Under the pieces are notes generated by a model. It worked only from the letters and a program-made list of their open reading frames with translations, was not told the origin of the DNA and searched no databases. Shown one piece after another: positions 63,060 to 64,000 of a stretch of 64,000 bases of DNA. The stretch is from Mobula hypostoma (Eukaryota): assembly GCF_963921235.1 (NCBI RefSeq), contig NC_086108.1, forward strand, positions 24,986,001 to 25,050,000. Direction: 5' to 3'. The position numbers and the translations under genes are program-made. How positions within the stretch are numbered: position 1 is the first letter of the stretch; every line of letters begins with the position of its first letter.

Positions 63060-63885
63060 TTGCTCTATCTATAAACTTGCTGATGACACAAATACTGTTG
63101 GTAGAATTTCAGATAGCAATGAGGAGATGTACAAGGGTGAGATAGATCAGCTGGTTGAGTGGTGTCACAACAACAACCTTGCACTCAATGCCAGTTAGAC
63201 CAAGGAACTGATTGTGGACTTCAGGAAGGGAAGTAGTGAGAACACACACCAGTCCAGCAGTGGAAAGTGTGAGCAATTTTAATTTCCTGGGTGTCAACAT
63301 CTCTGAAGATCTAACCTGGGTCCAACATATTGATGCAAGTAAAAAGAAGGCACAAAAGTGACTATATTTCACTAGAAGAGAATTGCAAGACTCTTGCAAA
63401 TTTCTACAGATGTACCATGGAGAGTATTCTAGCTGATTTCATCACCATCTGGTGTGGAAGGACCACTGTATACGATCAGAAAAAGCTGCAAAAAGTTGCA
63501 AACTCAGCCAGGTCCATCATGGACACTAGCCTCCCCAGCACTGAGGACATCTTCAGAAGTTAATACCTCGAAAAAGCAGCATCCATCATTAAGGATCCAT
63601 GACATGTCCTCTTCCCATTGTTGCCATTGAGGAGGAAGTATAGGAGCCTGAAGACAAAAAACTCAACAGCTTAAGAACAGCTTTTTCCCCTCCGCCATCA
63701 GATTTCTGAATGGACAATAAATCCATGTACACTACCTCACATTTTTTTTTTGCTATTTTTGCACTACTTATTTAATTTAATTTTCAATATATTTCTTAGT
63801 TAAATTAATAGTTATTATTGTTATGTACTGCTGGCACAAAACAACAAATTACACAACATACACCAATGATATTAAATCTGATTCT
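63060..63885 (+). mobile_element. Rex1/Babar-type LINE 3' part
   Basis: IYKLADDT, WCHNNNLALN..TKELIVDFRK, NFYRCTMESIL, LPSTEDIF; ttaaatctgattctg tail. Confidence 0.88.
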
Positions 63886-63889
63886 GCTT

Positions 63890-64000
63890 CTAATTCTGCT
63901 GCTGTAGCCCATCCACTTCAAAGTTCAACATGTTGGCGTTGAGAGTTACTCTTCTTTTTACTACCATTGTTACACATGGTTACTTGAGTTAGTGTCGCCT
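63890..64000 (-). mobile_element. Tc1 transposase fragment running off the window end
   Basis: Minus strand aggcgacactaactcaagtaacc...ttgaagtggatggggctacagcagcagaa matches and fills the gap in 27550-27620. Confidence 0.65.

Overview
This is eukaryotic, non-genic vertebrate DNA, mostly AT-rich and dominated by transposable elements. The repeat mix (CR1, Penelope-like, Rex1/Babar, L2 and RTE LINEs, tRNA-headed V-SINE-like SINEs, Tc1, PIF/Harbinger, Gypsy) suggests a cartilaginous fish, probably a ray (inference). I found no credible host gene, rRNA, tRNA or CRISPR array; nearly all long ORFs are TE-derived or antisense shadows. Main content: (1) a 14-kb nested TE pile at 3.3-17.2 kb holding a young near-full-length CR1 (intact ORF1, two frameshifts in ORF2); (2) a Penelope-like element (PLE) with RT and GIY-YIG domains, plus many PLE terminal fragments carrying minimal hammerhead-ribozyme cores, several as TSD-flanked fold-back mini-elements; (3) a non-autonomous Harbinger; (4) a 2.9-kb Gypsy element lacking RT/RNase H; (5) a 21-bp minisatellite. 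The strongest leads are an in-phase U_UUA_AAC -1 slippery site in the 16-nt CR1 ORF1/ORF2 overlap, and the asymmetric hammerhead-centred fold-back family. Everything was read by eye: decayed-element boundaries are approximate and family names rest on motif recognition, not database searches.
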